64,000 bases of DNA, from contig NC_069005.1 of NCBI RefSeq assembly GCF_001194135.2, positions 19,233,359 through 19,297,358 of the forward strand. The letters run 5' to 3'. This document shows, one piece after another, positions 13,303 through 25,205 of this stretch. The stretch's first letter is position 1; the number at the start of each line of letters is the position of its first letter. Position numbers and translations under genes: made by a program. Origin of the DNA: Octopus bimaculoides. Lineage: Eukaryota. The notes under the pieces were generated by a model. That model saw nothing but the letters and a program-made list of their open reading frames with translations, did no database searches and was not told the origin of the DNA.

Positions 13303-13647
13303 TACAAGCATACATGAGCGCGTATGTGTATTTTTAGTGGCGTTATTCGATATCGTCTTTATTTTATATATACCAACACACGAAACTCTTGGACCTTGAG
13401 TCACTCTTTTGTGCTAAATATTAATAAAAGTGTGTGTATGTATATATATACGTACACATATATGTCTATTGAAATCTTCTGATCCTTGTTTTTCCAAGTA
13501 TCCTCCTTGTTACGAGAGGAGTTTGGCTTTCGATGAGCAATATCATTTTCTCTGTAGAAATACATATTACTAATCCGTTGTCTATCCCCACAACCTTATA
13601 TAATACTGTCACGTACACACACTCTCTGTGTGTGTGTATATATACAC

Positions 13648-13683
<36 letters not shown>

Positions 13684-14450
13684 GTGTGTGCCACCCGCGT
13701 TTTTTGGCGTATGTACTCGTGCGGGTATATGTATGTACATATATATATGAACCGCTCTAACACATGTATGCTTACGTACGTATATACATACATCCGTGAC
13801 TAACGGGAAGTAGAAACTCAAAAGTAGTAACGAGGTAAAAGCTCCGGCTTGAATTAAATAATATATATATATATATATATATATTGAATACTTCTTCTAC
13901 ATTTATATTCATACACGCACGCACATGATCATATATATAGTACTTTTTCTTCTACATTTATACTCATACGCACACATGGTTTTATATATAATACTCACGC
14001 ACATATACATACACACATTCACATCTACCAACCCTATTTGTGACACTGGGGTGGATAGACTTACAGCCATATATTTGTCTTCATTGACATGTTAAACTAT
14101 TATACTATGGTGATAGCGTGTAGTATGTGTATCTATGTATGTATATATATATATGTATATGCATATAGCGTGTGCAATACTTTTTACCTGGTTGTCTTGA
14201 AATGAAATTACAAGTAATTTACTAGGTCTGTTCAATGTGACTATAACTCCTCCTCCTCACCAGTAAAAAGTAGTCATTATTATAATTTAGTATGGAGTGG
14301 TGGATAACAAAGGTGGAGCGACGGGTTGAATAGCTTGGTCATTTTAATTACGCCCCCTTCATGCTCCGAGTTCAAATCCTGTTGGGAGTTTGCACTTTGC
14401 TTTTTTTTTTTTTTTTGCCTTTATTTGTTTTCGAAGTCGCTTAAATAAGG
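10230..14450. promoter_or_regulatory. CpG-retaining promoter-like region (possible TSS cluster)
   Basis: Visibly CpG-rich (e.g. 11900-12180) versus CpG-depleted flanks; Inr-like TCAGTT at 12251 followed by CAG|gtttgt donor at 12283; minus-strand donors at 10385 and 10283. Confidence 0.55.
10400..10730. repeat. Polypyrimidine (CT)/purine (GA) low-complexity tract
   Basis: Nearly pure C/T on the plus strand. Confidence 0.9.
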
Positions 14451-14803
14451 TACCGATTGCAGTTTAGATTCTTCAACCTCACATTGACTGAGCAGCCCAA
14501 ATAATAAAGATGTTGAAGTGGTTACTATTTTTTTCTTTCATAAGCCTTGTCTTCCCCCCCCCCAGTTTAAGGGTGATTTAGCTATTTCTAGGAGGTCAAG
14601 CGACTGCATAAAACAAGGGCTATTTATTGGTTTGTTCGATAAAATATTGAGGTAGATTAAATCCCCACATCTTCACACAAGCATTAAGACCGTTGTTCTT
14701 GTGCATGCGTTTGTAATTATCATAATTTTAGATCTTACATAGGCACCAGGCCTCGATTTTAAGAGGATAGCAAAAAAAAAGGGGGGGGGGCAATGGATTA
14801 AAT

Positions 14804-15050
14804 CAGTGATTCTTAACCATTTTTTGTACTTATGAACTCCCTTGATTCCTCTTTTACCCTGGTGGGCTCTCACGGCCATTCGATATTTAAAAAAAATCCT
14901 ATTATATTTTTATACTTAGATATTAGGAATTGCATAAAATATTAAGATATTTTGTGTATTGTAAAAGTATAAGTAATTTATTGCTCATAAATTTCAACAA
15001 AAAGATCTTGTATGAACCCCCCAAGGGTCATGTGAACCCAGGTTTAGACA
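14804..15050. mobile_element. hAT-like MITE (degenerate right end)
   Basis: Starts cagtgattcttaacc; ends ccccaagggtcatgtgaacccaggtt, typical of non-autonomous hAT ends. Confidence 0.45.
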
Positions 15051-16336
15051 GGAGTGGAGAGGGGTAGTTGAAGACTGACTGGGAGAACGAAAGGTGAAGT
15101 TCATCTTGGTGGGATTCAAAACTAGAACTTCCGGTGAAACTCTGAGTGCTCAGCCAGTTTCATTGCTCAAACAAACTGATGAGTAAAGGCTTTGCCATCA
15201 TCACCATTTTGTCCTTTCTTGTAAGCAGGAAACTCGAAGTCACATTAACTGAGATTTGGTTACTATTTCTAGCATGTCCAGCGACCATGTACAAGCATTC
15301 TTATCAGTTCACACTCTTATAATTTGGGTGAGCCAGTAAAGATGTTTAAACATGGTCGATTGAACTGCTAGAAATAGCAGCCATATTTCGTTAATGTGGT
15401 CTTGTATTTCCTGCCTGTAGAAAAAACAGGATGGTTATGATAAGGTCTTTGATGATATATGCTTGTCCAAGACTGACCTGGGTTTAAAGAGTAACAGGAG
15501 TAACGCATGCAGCTGTTGTCTCTTGGCATTTTATTGTCTGCAGTTTATGTACCTAGAATATTCTTGTATATTGTTCATTATTATTATTAATCATTATTGC
15601 AAAGAAAGATTGTTCTTGAAGTGGCAGTCATTAGAGGATCAGTGAGGAAGGTGTCTTTACAGTATTTTAGTTCAAATCCTGCTGCGGTCAACCTTACTAT
15701 TTATCCCTCTGGGGTTTTCAATGTAATAAAATAGTCAAATACTAGAGTTGGTTTAATCCTTTCTCTCAAACTTCTGGCTTTGTTTCTATCATCGCCATCA
15801 ACATTGAATGTTTTCTATGCTGGCATGGATTGGACAGCTTGACAGGAACTGGCAAGGCCAGAGCCCGCATCAGGTTCCATAGTCTATTTGGCTTGGATTC
15901 TATGGCTGGATACCCTTCTTGGTGCCAACCACTTTACAGTGTGTGCTTCTTACATGATACCAGCACCCACATCAATGCTTTGGACTATCTTTAGAATGAT
16001 GTTGCAGAGAAGACATGAGAGGTGGGATCTGGCTGATTCGTATACAAAACAGAATATTTGGGCTGGTTATGGCTAATGAGTTAGTTTCTAGTTTTACTTT
16101 ACATCACTATCTTTACAGTCAAATAGTGGGGCTGTTAACTCTGTGTTAAGGCCTGTGTGTCTTTGTAAGAAAATATTACTGACTTCAGATATTGTTGGGG
16201 TTAACTTTACTGTTTATCTTCCTGTGATTGACAAAATAAGTACTAGGTTTAATGTTTCTCACTCCCAAATGTGGGATGTGTGCTAATGTCCAAGACCATA
16301 CAGAGCAACGAAACCTTTCTTCATGCAAACTTAACT

Positions 16337-16539
16337 TTTTACTTGTTTCATTCATTGGATTGCGGCCATGCTAGGGCACTGCCTTGAAGGGTTTAGTCAA
16401 ACAAATCAACCTCAGTGCTTTTTTTTTAAAGTCTGGTACTTACTGTGTCTTGGTGCACAACACTCTTATGTGGATGTAACTAAACCAACACCACTTCTCA
16501 AGTGGGTGAGGGATAAACACATGCATAAGTGTGTGTGTG

Positions 16540-16588
<49 letters not shown>

Positions 16589-16735
16589 GGCTTCTCTCAG
16601 TTTCCATCTACAAAATGCACTCACAAAGCTTTGGTCGACCTGGAGCTAGAGTGGAAGACACCTGACCAAGGTACCACACATTGGTACTGAACCTGGAATC
16701 TTGTTTGAGAAGCAAGCTTCTTACCATGCAATCAT
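16337..16735 (-). mobile_element. Full-length tRNA-derived SINE family A
   Basis: Head, core, internal (CA)n and tail all present. Confidence 0.85.
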
Positions 16736-18385
16736 TTCAAACAACTGCTGTGTGTAGGATTGATTTAGCTATCAATCAAGCCCATCTTAAGAATTGCCAT
16801 AACATCTTTTGTCCTGAAAGGACTGGGCAATTTTCCTCTGCCGAATATGAGAGTGGGCTTTTTTTTGCTTTTTTTTTTTCCTGAAGATTGATATGTTCAT
16901 CTTTGGTCAGGTCCTTGTCAACTTCAAGTTCCACTTGGCAAGACAAGGGTTTGGAGGAAGGTGAATTTTTTCAAAAGGTGAAAGAGCATAGTTAGAAGGC
17001 ACTTGCTCTTGATAGGTAGAGAAATCCTGGATCTGTGGGGTTCCTTGATTGACCCTAGGTAACTCTTTCCCACATTGAGATTCCTCATTTTATACTTTTA
17101 TAGTTTGGGCTTCCTTACTTGTTTTTCTTTCAAGAATCTCTCAAGCCGAGACTAAAATGTTTTGTAACATTTTACTGCTTTTTATATTCTGAGTTCCAAT
17201 TCTGCCATGGTCGTCGTTTCTTTCAGAATTGGATGAAATTAAATACCAGTCATGTACTGAGGTTGATGTGAATGACCAACCTCCTGCCTTTGGATATCTG
17301 GCCTTTGTGCCTATGCTGGAAACAGTACTAATTAATTGGATGGTAGATTGACAGAATCATTAATCTTGCAGTATTTCTTTCTGTTCTTTATATTTTGAGT
17401 TCAAATCTTGCCAAGGTCGACCCGGCTTTTCATTTTTCCAGTTCATTCTAATCAACTTTTTCTCTCCTCTCAAATATCTATCTGTCCCTGTGTTCATGTT
17501 AGAAACTTAATAATAGATAGAAGGGCAGAACTGTTATGGTGTTGGTCAAAAAAAAAAGAAACCACCATTGGGTATTTGTTCCATCTCTTTGTTCTGGGTT
17601 CTAATCCTGCAAAGGTCAACTTTGATAGATAGGTGGTAAAGCAGCAGAAAGAATGCTTTATGGCATGTAATTCCCCTCCCCCCATCCAACCCATGCCCTT
17701 TTGTTCCTCAAAGGACCCCATAGAAGGATCAACAATCAAATGTTGAAGGTTGATCTGCTCAGCCATTGAATGTGACCTTGGGTCACACTAAAAGAAATCA
17801 TTCTTACTTGCCATGGTATTTCTCTCTCTCTCTCTCTCTCCTCTCTTCCCCCTCTATCCTTTTCCTTTCTCCCCATCCCCCTCTTTCTCACTCTTTCCCT
17901 TCCTCCTTTTCCTTACACCTCTCCCTTTTCCTCCTCAACCCTTCTCATTGGAATCTCTATTCAAAATCTCTTTACTTAATCACTGTACTGTTAGTTGTTT
18001 GACCCTTCCCACCTACTTAGCAGCAGCAGCATCATCATCATCATTACAGCCACTGCTGCTTTGGTTCATTCCAAACTGTTTCATTTATCCTGGACCTCCA
18101 AGCAGTGTTATTATGGCTCTGACATTTAAGGGTCTGTGTCCTGTTTACACTAATTTAAGGCAGTAACATATATGTATGTATGTATGTTACTGCTTCATGT
18201 CTACCTTCTATGCTGGCATAGGCTTGGATGGGTCAACCTAGTTCAAGTCAATTCTTATTTAGTTACTGCAATATATATATATATTGTATTATACATAATG
18301 TGTGACATAGAGGTTATATATTGTATTTTATGTATGTGATATATCATATATACATTGATGTAATATATAAAAATATAAAATGTTA

Positions 18386-18526
18386 CAGGTGTAGGTGTGT
18401 GCTAAGAAGCTTGCTTCCTAACCACATTATTCCGGGTTTAGATGCACTGCATGGCACCTTGGACTAGTGTCTTCTAATGTAGCCTCGGATTTGGATTTGG
18501 CAGATGGAAACTGAAAGAAACCCATC

Positions 18527-18578
<52 letters not shown>

Positions 18579-18794
18579 TTGAGTGTGTCTGTATTTGCAC
18601 CCCTCCCCCGTCAATCGCTTGACAACCAATGTTGGTGTGTTTATGTCCGCATAACTTAACTGTTTAGCAAAAGGAACCAACAGAATAAGTACTAGGCTTA
18701 CAAAGAATGTCCTGAGGTTAATTTCTTTGACTAAAAACCCTTTAGTGCGGTGCTCCAGCATGACCGCAGTCAAATGACTGAGACAAGTAAAAGA
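18386..18794 (+). mobile_element. Full-length tRNA-derived SINE family A
   Basis: Head, core, internal (TA)n and tail ending acaagtaaaaga. Confidence 0.85.
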
Positions 18795-18819
18795 CTCTAT
18801 ATATACATTATCTAAATGA

Positions 18820-18871
<52 letters not shown>

Positions 18872-19169
18872 ATTATTTAAATATGTATGTATATATTTGT
18901 ATATGGTTTGAAGGGTTATTTATTACTTGCTCAGGATTAAAATGGCATCGTTTGTATATAATTACGGTTATGTTGAAACAGGTGATATGGGAAAGTTCAG
19001 CACTGACAACAAAACATTTGTGGAGTAAATGATGGGCTAATTTGTCTAAGCGATATGCTATGCGTCTGTTTGGAGTATTTCAGGCCCTAACCTGTGGGGG
19101 TTATTTGATTTTTGAACACACTGAGAAGCTGTCAGTGGATGTACTCTCTTTTGCAGCAGTCAGCGCTGT

Positions 19170-19650
19170 CTAACATGACCCATCATCTGAATTGTCGACA
19201 CCTCCTTCGGGTTTGTTGTCCTAAATCACTCATAAAGTAAATTTAGAAGAACTGTGGTTGTTCATTTGGGGGTAACAGGGAACCAATGAGGTGATAGACT
19301 TACCTTTGAACTTTGACGTTGTCATAAATTCATATTTATCTATCTTCTTAGATGCACCAAACAATGTCATTTGCAGAGTTGTATTGTCTGATATTGTTCA
19401 GAAAATCCTTTGACTGGATGGAAATGCCTTCTAGAAGATCTATAAGACGTTGATAAGGAGCTGGTAGTGCTGGCAATGTTACCTGACCGCCTGAGCAGCA
19501 TATATTATTTGTTTCATTTGAAAATTTTAAAGCTCTACAGAAAACACAATTTGTATTTAGCACACCAATTTTAGACAGTTATTATTTTTATAAGAATGGG
19601 ATGGATCATATCTGAAAACGGCTTCAGGAGTTGTGAAGAATGAATTTGTA
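19170..19650 (-). mobile_element. Helitron Rep/helicase N-terminal pseudogene fragment
   Basis: FRYDP...C.FCRALKF..E...CC.GGQV.LP...LL....SKDFLNNIRQYNSA, then (frameshifted) KVQ.*VYHLIGSLLP...F*IYF, matching Helitron Rep N-terminal motifs. Confidence 0.85.
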
Positions 19651-20127
19651 TGTAGTCTGTTTCTGAGAGCTATTCTATTGGACCTCTGTCTAATCATTAA
19701 AACATTGATCCAGCATTAAGTGCTGCAACATACATTTGCTGATCTTGAGAAAACCTCATCTAGCTTCTCTCTTCAGACTCTTGCCTTTGGTTTTCTACAA
19801 TCATCCTTGCTTTATGCTTGGTTCTTTGGTGGCATATTTTTCCCAATATTGTAAACAAAAAATTATGAACATAGAAAGAAATTATCCATTAATCCCTATT
19901 TTTGTAAGCAGTTGTATCCATAAAAATTTTATTTGCAGATAGTACAAATTGAGAAAAGAGAAAGCGAAAAGAACAGGAAGTGAAAGATGTATGTACGTCT
20001 ATATGAAATGGATGTGTGTGCGTGCGTGCTTGCACATGTATGTGAGAGAGAAAGAGGTTGAGAGAGAGTGAGTGAAGGTGTGTTTCGTGATGATTGATGT
20101 CTTTTAAGGTACACACACATATAGAAA

Positions 20128-20358
20128 GTGTCGGCGGCGAGCTGGCAGAAACATTAGCACGCCGGGCGAAATGCTTAGTGGTCTGCCGCTACGTTCTGAG
20201 TTCAAATTCCGCCGAGGTCGACTGTGCCTTTCATCCTTTCGGGGTCGATTAAATAAGTACCAGTTATGCACTGGGGTCGATATAATCGACTTAATCCGTG
20301 TTTGTCTGTCCTTGTTTGTCCCCTCTGTGTGTAGCCCCTTGTGGGTAGTAAAGAAATA
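20128..20358 (+). mobile_element. Young tRNA-derived SINE family B (Meta-like central domain) with 13-bp TSD
   Basis: A/B boxes, gcctttcatcctttcggggtcgat core, CpGs intact; TSD acacatatagaaa at 20115-20127 and 20359-20371. Confidence 0.9.
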
Positions 20359-20379
20359 ACACATATAGAAAATGTGACA

Positions 20380-20680
20380 TCATATAAAATTTTTACAATA
20401 GTTGATTTGTGGAAAAGATTGTTTAATTTTTGACATGTGAATGGAAATTAGCCAAAATAGTACTGAATCGTTTGATACGCCATACGTCAAAATATGTAAC
20501 TTGGTTTTGGAAGGCATAAGGAATATATAATATATAGGACAGCATCTCGCATAACAATACAGACGTAATACTGAAATAGTGTAAGAGATAAGATTGCTCT
20601 GGGCTCGCATTAGGCAAGAAGCTGGAAATTGTTTTGGCCCATGACACTGCATGGACCTTGGCTTTTGTATTTGACACCTG
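20380..20680 (-). mobile_element. Helitron-associated non-coding fragment
   Basis: Homologous to 62790-62900 (gtgtaagaga..agattgctctgggctcg...cccatgacactgcatgga). Confidence 0.55.
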
Positions 20681-20994
20681 TTGCTTTAAGTATTTTATTT
20701 ATATATATATGTATGTATGTATGTATAAGCCAGCAAGGGAGATCTCTACATGGTAGCAAGACCTTGTAGAAATAGCAGCAAAATCTCCCTCAAAGCACCC
20801 TACTGTCTTAATCCGACAATTCTGTCTATTATGTAGTTTGAATGAGAAACTGTAACTAAAGATTAAGATTATTAACCCAACAGAGAGAAGAGAGACAGCA
20901 TAGCAACAGTTTTGGCTGACTGTCATCCTATACTCCCCTTGTTTCTTGCGAAATGGTATGTTCTGGCTGTCTGAGCAACTGGTTGTTTTAATGG

Positions 20995-21188
20995 TGGAAC
21001 AAACAGGACATAAAGATTACAAAAATAGTGATTCTCACTTTGAAACTAACAATTTTGAAAATCTTTTTACATTACGGAATGCCCTGCTCTCATGTATCCA
21101 TGTTTAAAATTTCAGTGTGATCGGGTGAACAATACTCGAGTTATAAGCGCACAAACAGACAGACAGAACGGATTTTATATATTAAGAT
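20995..21188 (-). mobile_element. Helitron-type 5' end
   Basis: Minus strand starts A|TCTTAATATATAAAA followed by a (TCTG)n microsatellite; same orientation as the Rep fragment. Confidence 0.55.
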
Positions 21189-21376
21189 AAATCAAGACTG
21201 CTGTGCTGTTTTCCAGATGAAATAACTTGCAAATTGTATAGAATCTTTCAAAGTAAAAACTATGCTCTGCAATCAAACTTTTCTGATTGGCAGAAACTTA
21301 GCTATAAGATTAAATATGCCTGAATTGCTATATATATGTATAAATATATTTATGGGAGAGAGAAGTATTGCAGATA

Positions 21377-21500
21377 AACACATTTCGGCTTTATGTAGGC
21401 TCGAAACGTCAAAGACTTTCTCTATTCCCGAGCGTTAAACTAATACATCCATTTGTTTACACCACCTGTCTTCGTCTGTTTTTTTCGTAAATTCTCCCAT
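21377..21500 (+). mobile_element. Truncated Penelope-like/hammerhead-type repeat tail
   Basis: gctcGAAACGTCaaagac (3' half of a minimal hammerhead); the tail is homologous to 31252-31340. Confidence 0.5.
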
Positions 21501-21970
21501 GTATATATATATAATATATATATAATATATATATATAATATATATATATATATATAATATATATATANNNNNNNNNNNNNNNNNNNNNNNNNNNNNNNNN
21601 NNNNNNNNNNNNNNNNNNNNNNNNNNNNNNNNNNNNNNNNNNNNNNNNNNNNNNNNNNNNNNNNNNNNNNNNNNNNNNNNNNNNNNNNNNNNNNNNNNNN
21701 NNNNNNNNNNNNNNNNNNNNNNNNNNNNNNNNNNNNNNNNNNNNNNNNNNNNNNNNNNNNNNNNNNNNNNNNNNNNNNNNNNNNNNNNNNNNNNNNNNNN
21801 NNNNNNNNNNNNNNNNNNNNNNNNNNNNNNNNNNNNNNNNNNNNNNNNNNNNNNNNNNNNNNNNNNNNNNNNNNNNNNNNNNNNNNNNNNNNNNNNNNNN
21901 NNNNNNNNNNNNNNNNNNNNNNNNNNNNNNNNNNNNNNNNNNNNNNNNNNNNNNNNNNNNNNNNNNNNNN

Positions 21971-22311
21971 CGGTGAGGCCCAATGTACGAAGGTCTTGCC
22001 TCACCACCTCAGCCCAGGTCTTCCTGGGCCTACCACTTCCACGGGTTCCCTCAACTGTTAGGGTGTGGCACTTTTTCACGCAGCTATCCTCCTCCATTCT
22101 CACCACATGTCCATACCAGCGCAATCGTCTCTCTTGCACGCCACAACTGATGCTTCTAATGTTCAGCTTTTCTCTCAAGATACTTACACTCTGACGGGTA
22201 TTCACATTGACATTACACATCCAACGGAGCATACTGGCTTCATTCCTTGCGAGCTTACGTATGTCCTCAGCAGTTACAGCCCATGTTTCACTGCCATGTA
22301 GCATGGTTGTT
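21971..22311 (-). mobile_element. 5'-truncated RTE LINE (ORF C-terminus)
   Basis: MLHGSETWAVT...ERRLRWYGHVVRM...GRPRKTW; near-identical to 40540-40784; runs into an N-gap. Confidence 0.95.
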
Positions 22312-22584
22312 AGAATGGAATTCATTCGAGCACTGCTGTGTTTTCTATACTGAGCTTATCTCGCTCTCACCTATTGACTCTCTGTGTGTGTGTGTGTGTG
22401 TAGTTCAAATTTACAGAAAAACAAAAGACAGACAGGTATAGGAACAACAAGCAGATGTATTAGTTTGACGCTTGGGAAAAATGGAAAAGTCTTTTCCATT
22501 TCGAGTCTACACTCCTCAATTGAAAGGAATGAGGGGAAAAATAGTGTAGAGTTCAGCAGTCCCATATATATATTATCATCATTA

Positions 22585-22703
22585 TTTAAAACAGTTTGAT
22601 CTGGTCCCATACAAAATTTTGTAGGTATCTTACAGAAACCTAGCTCGTTGGGGTCACCTAGGTTTCTGTAAGATTGCATGGGGCCAAATCAAACTCTTTT
22701 AAA
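22585..22703. other. Foldback/palindromic element
   Basis: Perfect 17-bp stem 22627-22674 with 14-nt loop; imperfect outer arms to 22585/22703. Confidence 0.8.
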
Positions 22704-23354
22704 CATTTAACTCCCATTAAATGTGTTGAATGTCGCTTTCTTTCATTGGTCCACACATCTTTGTATGTGTGTGTATGTACATATGCCTATGTATTATAAA
22801 TGCAGTTGTGGCTGTGTGATTAAGCTTGCTTCCTAACCATGTTGTTTTGAGTTCATTCCACTGTATGGTGACTTGGGCACAATCATGTGATGATTGTAAA
22901 CAAGCATCATCCTCATACATGAGGTGTTAATTTCCAGTCTTCCACAAAAATCATGTCTGGCCATGCTCCGAAACAGGTTATGGGTTGGCAACACAACAGA
23001 CATCCAAATACCTCAACAAATTTCATCTAACCCATGCAAGCATAAAAAAGAAGACATTTGCCCAAGGTGATTTGTAGCAGAAGTGAACCCCAAACCAAAT
23101 ATTTGGGAAACAAACTTTTTAATCACACACCTCTCTGTGATGGCATGGGCCTAGTTGTGTGGACTTGGAATTCACTTTGTAGCCATGTGGTTTTGTGTTC
23201 AGTCTCACTTTTTGAGGAAATGTTTTTATCTATGGCCTTTAGCTAACTAATTTCTTGTGAGTGGATTTGATATCAGACTTCTGTACAGATAGGAACTATA
23301 GGAAGCCTCTCATCTGTCTGTACGTGACTGTTTGAATATAATTATAGTGTATGG

Positions 23355-24300
23355 CCATTGCTAATGTCATGTGAATGGCACCTGTGAAATTGTAATCGTG
23401 GCCATTGCCAGTAGTGTGATCTTTGAATGTCAGGCCTTGCAGAGGCGATGTCAAGTGACAGACTTTTCATGATGTGCTGTGCTTGAGAAGACTCAAGTGA
23501 AACCGTAGTTGTGGCTGTTGTCAGTGTCATGTAAATGGCACCTGTGCCAGTGGTATGTAAAAAGCACCTATTACACCCTCGGAGTGGTTGGCGTTAGGAA
23601 GGGCATCCAACTGTAGTAACCATACCAAATTCAGACTGGAACCTTGTGCAACCCTCTGGCTTATCACTCAAACTGTCTAACCCATGCCAACATGGAAAGC
23701 GGGCGTTAGATGATGAATGATAAATTATATATACATTGCACCTATATATTATAGGTGCTGCGTTATAAGAAGTTTGCTTCCTAACTACATGGTTCTGGGT
23801 TCAGTCCCACTGCATAGCACCCTAGTAGCCTTGGGCAAACCAAAACTCTGATTGGATTTGGTAGGCAGAAACCAAAAGAAGCCTGTTTGTCTGTCTGTCC
23901 ATCCTACACACACACACACCACTTGGCAATCAGTGTTACTGTGTTTACATCCCTGTAACTTAGCAGTTCAGCAAAATGGTCCAGAAGAATATACTGAATA
24001 AACTTGGAGCAATATGAAATGAAATATCTTGCTCAAACACACCATGCACTGCTCTGTCTAATAATCAAACCCATGACCTCATAATCACATTTATATATAT
24101 GTATATATATATATATTTATATATAGTATCACATAAAATGCTCCCAGTACACATTGTAAAGTGGTTGGTATCAGCAGGAAGGACAGCCAGCTGTAGAAAC
24201 TGTCAAAGCAGACAGAGCTTGGCACAGTCCCCCTGGCTTGCCAGTTCCTGTGAAACCATCCATTCCATGCCAGCATGGAAGATGGGCATTAAATGATGGT
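23355..24300 (+). mobile_element. Cluster: RTE 3' tails (23355-23720, 24130-24300) and SINE A (23755-24000)
   Basis: Similarity to other copies in the window. Confidence 0.75.
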
Positions 24301-24611
24301 TATGTGTGTGTTTGTGTGTGTGCATGTATGTAATTATCATTTAACATCCACTTTTCCATTTTTGGATGGAAATTGGTTGAGATACATTTTCTACTACTGG
24401 ATGTTCCTATAATAATGTAATGCTGCCACATACCTATTTTGAAAACATTTTGTATCCACATATGTTCTTTCAGTACCTGAAACTAATGGTAATCAGCTTG
24501 CAGTTGATGTTCCTCACCAGTGTAACTGTCTCCTCACTTAGTTCACACTCTTTAGCTCCTTTCACTCTTCCTCTTTTTTTTCCTTTTTTTTACGTGTCCC
24601 CCCTCCCACTG

Positions 24612-24642
<31 letters not shown>

Positions 24643-25137
24643 ACCACTCTGCTTGTCTCACTTTTTCTTACTCTCCATCTCTTCGTCTCTTTCTGTTACT
24701 CTTCATGTCTCTATCTCCAGGTCTTCATGTCTCTTTGTTTTTATATCTCCTTTCTCTTTCCTCCTTTCTGTCTCTCTCCTTTTCACATCTTTGTCTGTGC
24801 TGTTCACCCCTCTCATTTTGTACATGTCCTTTTACCCCACCCTCCCGTCCACTAGTTGTCTGACTGGCTGTGTGTGCCTGTGTATTTCTACTGTCAGGTA
24901 AAATGTGACATGCCATTGTTACTGAGAAAATGTACAGCTGTTGTGTGTGTGTGTACAAGTGTGTGTGTGCAAGTGTGTGTGTGTACAAGTGTGCGTGTGT
25001 GTATGTTAAATTACAAACAAGGACTTTGAGGCTTTCCAAAAAAAATTCTGTAATTAAGCTGATTATATAAAACGGGTTAGACTACATAATATAATAGACA
25101 GTATATTTAGTAGCACACCTACACATGCACATAACAG

Positions 25138-25138
<1 letters not shown>

Positions 25139-25204
<66 letters not shown>
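25139..25204. repeat. (CA)n microsatellite
   Basis: Pure CA run. Confidence 0.98.
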
Positions 25205-25205
<1 letters not shown>

